Shown: one piece after another, positions 40,477-41,939 of the stretch
Layout: each line of letters begins with the position of its first letter
How positions within the stretch are numbered: position 1 is the first letter of the stretch
Notes under the pieces: generated by a model
The model's input: the letters and a program-made list of their open reading frames with translations, nothing else
Told to the model about the DNA's origin: nothing
The model's database searches: none
From: a virus
Length of the DNA: 41,939 nt
IMG/VR virus record: IMGVR_UViG_3300045988_014288
Coordinates: 1 to 41,939 of that record
Reading direction: 5' to 3' (one strand)
Position numbers and translations under genes: made by a program

Positions 40477-41939
40477 ATGGGACTTATAACAACACTAAAA
40501 AGGTGGTTTAACATGATATTCAAAAAACAAGCCGAAGAGGATTTTAATATCCAGGCAGCAGAGTTTCCAGAGATGGAAGCACTGATTAATCGGTGTGCGA
40601 ACATATACAGGGGCGTACCGGAATGGTTAGATGACAAGAATAATATCAAGACAATTAATTTTGCAAAATCTGTCTGCTCAGAGACAGCTCGGCTCGCAAC
40701 ACTGGCAATCGGCATTCAGATTGACGGTTCCGCAAGGGCAACATGGCTTCAGGAGCAGATTGACAAGGTATATTTCCAGATCCGGCACTGGGTAGAATAT
40801 GCTTGCGCTTACGGAACGGTTTTCATCAAGCCGAACGGCGAGAGCCTTGACGTATTTACTCCGGCAGATGCGATGATTGTGGATTATGATAATCAGGAGA
40901 TTAAAGGGATTATATTCAAGGATTCTTATACTGTTGGTCGGAAATACTATACAAGGCTTGAATATCATAGATTTGTTGAGACTACAATAGATGGAGTGAC
41001 AACTTATCCATACTACGTTTCCAATAGAGCTTATGTATCAAAATCTCCTCAGAGCATCGGCGATAAGATTGACCTCAAACAGACCAAATGGGCTGACCTC
41101 ATGGCAGATACACCGCCGATTCTCAAAGCAAATGGCGAGAAGCTGGATGGCCCTCTATATGGAGTACTTCGGACACCACAAGCAAACAATGTGGATATTA
41201 GTACACCATTGGGACTTCCAATATTCGCAGAAGCTATCGAAGAATTAAAAGACCTCGACATTGCATACAGCCGTAATGCCGGAGAGATTTTTGATTCACA
41301 GAAAATTGCTCTGGTAGATGATAGACTGCTGATGCCAAGCGGTACACCTGTATCAGCCATGTCACCACAGGGCATGGAGAACAGACGGAAAGAAATGAAC
41401 TTACCGCACTTTGTCAAGAATGTGTTCGGGCAGGACGAGAAAGAGTTTTACCAAGAAATCAATCCGCAACTCAACACTGATACCCGTATAAGCGGCATAA
41501 ATGCTCTTTTAAGCCAGATAGGATATAAGATTGGATTCTCTAACGGATATTTTGTTTTTAACGAAAAAACCGGTATGGTGACGGCTACGCAGGTGGAAGC
41601 GGACGACCGCCGGACAATTCAGTTTATCAAGGACGTTCGGGATAAGCTAGAATGTTGTTTGAATGACACTATATACGCCTTAAATACATTTGCAGATTTG
41701 TACGGCATCGCACCAGATTCTAATTGGATTTACAACGAAAAGAAAAAGAAATATGTCCAGTATATAGTTAATTATGATTTTGGCGATTTTACATACAACA
41801 GAGAAGAAGACAGGATAGCGTGGTACAGTTATGTAAATTCCGGACATGTAGCATTTTGGCGTTATTTGGTGAAATTTTATGGATATACCGAAGAGGAAGC
41901 AAAAAAAATTTCACAAGAAGCCAAAGAGGAAAAAAAAAC
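40477..41939 (+). CDS. portal protein (SPP1 Gp6-like), N-terminal part; the ORF continues at 1..124
   Basis: Open frame with no stop to the window end, directly after terL. The alternative start ATG 40513 has a better RBS (AAAGGTGG). Confidence 0.8.
   Translation, partial: MGLITTLKRWFNMIFKKQAEEDFNIQAAEFPEMEALINRCANIYRGVPEWLDDKNNIKTINFAKSVCSETARLATLAIGIQIDGSARATWLQEQIDKVYFQIRHWVEYACAYGTVFIKPNGESLDVFTPADAMIVDYDNQEIKGIIFKDSYTVGRKYYTRLEYHRFVETTIDGVTTYPYYVSNRAYVSKSPQSIGDKIDLKQTKWADLMADTPPILKANGEKLDGPLYGVLRTPQANNVDISTPLGLPIFAEAIEELKDLDIAYSRNAGEIFDSQKIALVDDRLLMPSGTPVSAMSPQGMENRRKEMNLPHFVKNVFGQDEKEFYQEINPQLNTDTRISGINALLSQIGYKIGFSNGYFVFNEKTGMVTATQVEADDRRTIQFIKDVRDKLECCLNDTIYALNTFADLYGIAPDSNWIYNEKKKKYVQYIVNYDFGDFTYNREEDRIAWYSYVNSGHVAFWRYLVKFYGYTEEEAKKISQEAKEEKK
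41841..41939. repeat. 99-bp exact direct terminal repeat, copy 2
   Basis: Identical to 1..99. Confidence 0.95.

Overview
The window is a complete, circularly closed phage genome. Bases 1-99 are identical to 41841-41939, so the unique length is about 41,840 bp. It looks like a temperate siphovirus-type Caudoviricetes phage or prophage of a low-GC Gram-positive host (GGAGG-type RBSs, A118/SPP1-like structural genes, GH25+CHAP endolysin). The contig is opened inside the portal gene.

Gene order on the + strand:
- Portal C-terminus, then two fibre-like genes, a minor capsid (Phage_min_cap2-like) gene and three small inserted genes.
- A five-gene cassette of compositionally odd proteins (4.4-7.1 kb).
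- A promoter plus a roughly 420-nt structured non-coding leader carrying two tRNA-like modules.
- Scaffold, major capsid and connector genes, then a tandem DUF2829/Tad2-like gene and a Hol118-like holin.
- Head-tail joining genes, major tail, chaperones, tape measure (950 aa) and a 1446-aa tail tip/fibre protein.
- A three-domain endolysin, followed by an attP-like repeat region.
- Lysogeny module on the - strand: integrase, a membrane OB-fold protein and a CI-like repressor, with back-to-back promoters.
- Early genes: excisionase-like HTH, Bro-N antirepressor, Rad52-like annealase, SSB, ERCC4-like nuclease, CHC2 zinc-finger protein and a DUF927 helicase.
- An iteron-type origin, C5-methyltransferase relics and an HTH-MazG fusion.
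- A second copy of the promoter motif embedded in a terminator hairpin, then terS, terL and portal.

I found no canonical tRNA, rRNA, CRISPR array, transposase or reverse transcriptase.

The most interesting items are the 4.4-7.1 kb cassette, the tRNA-like/anti-SD leader, the duplicated promoter motif, the tandem Tad2-like gene and the holin displaced from the endolysin.

All family assignments come from reading motifs by eye. No database searches were run.
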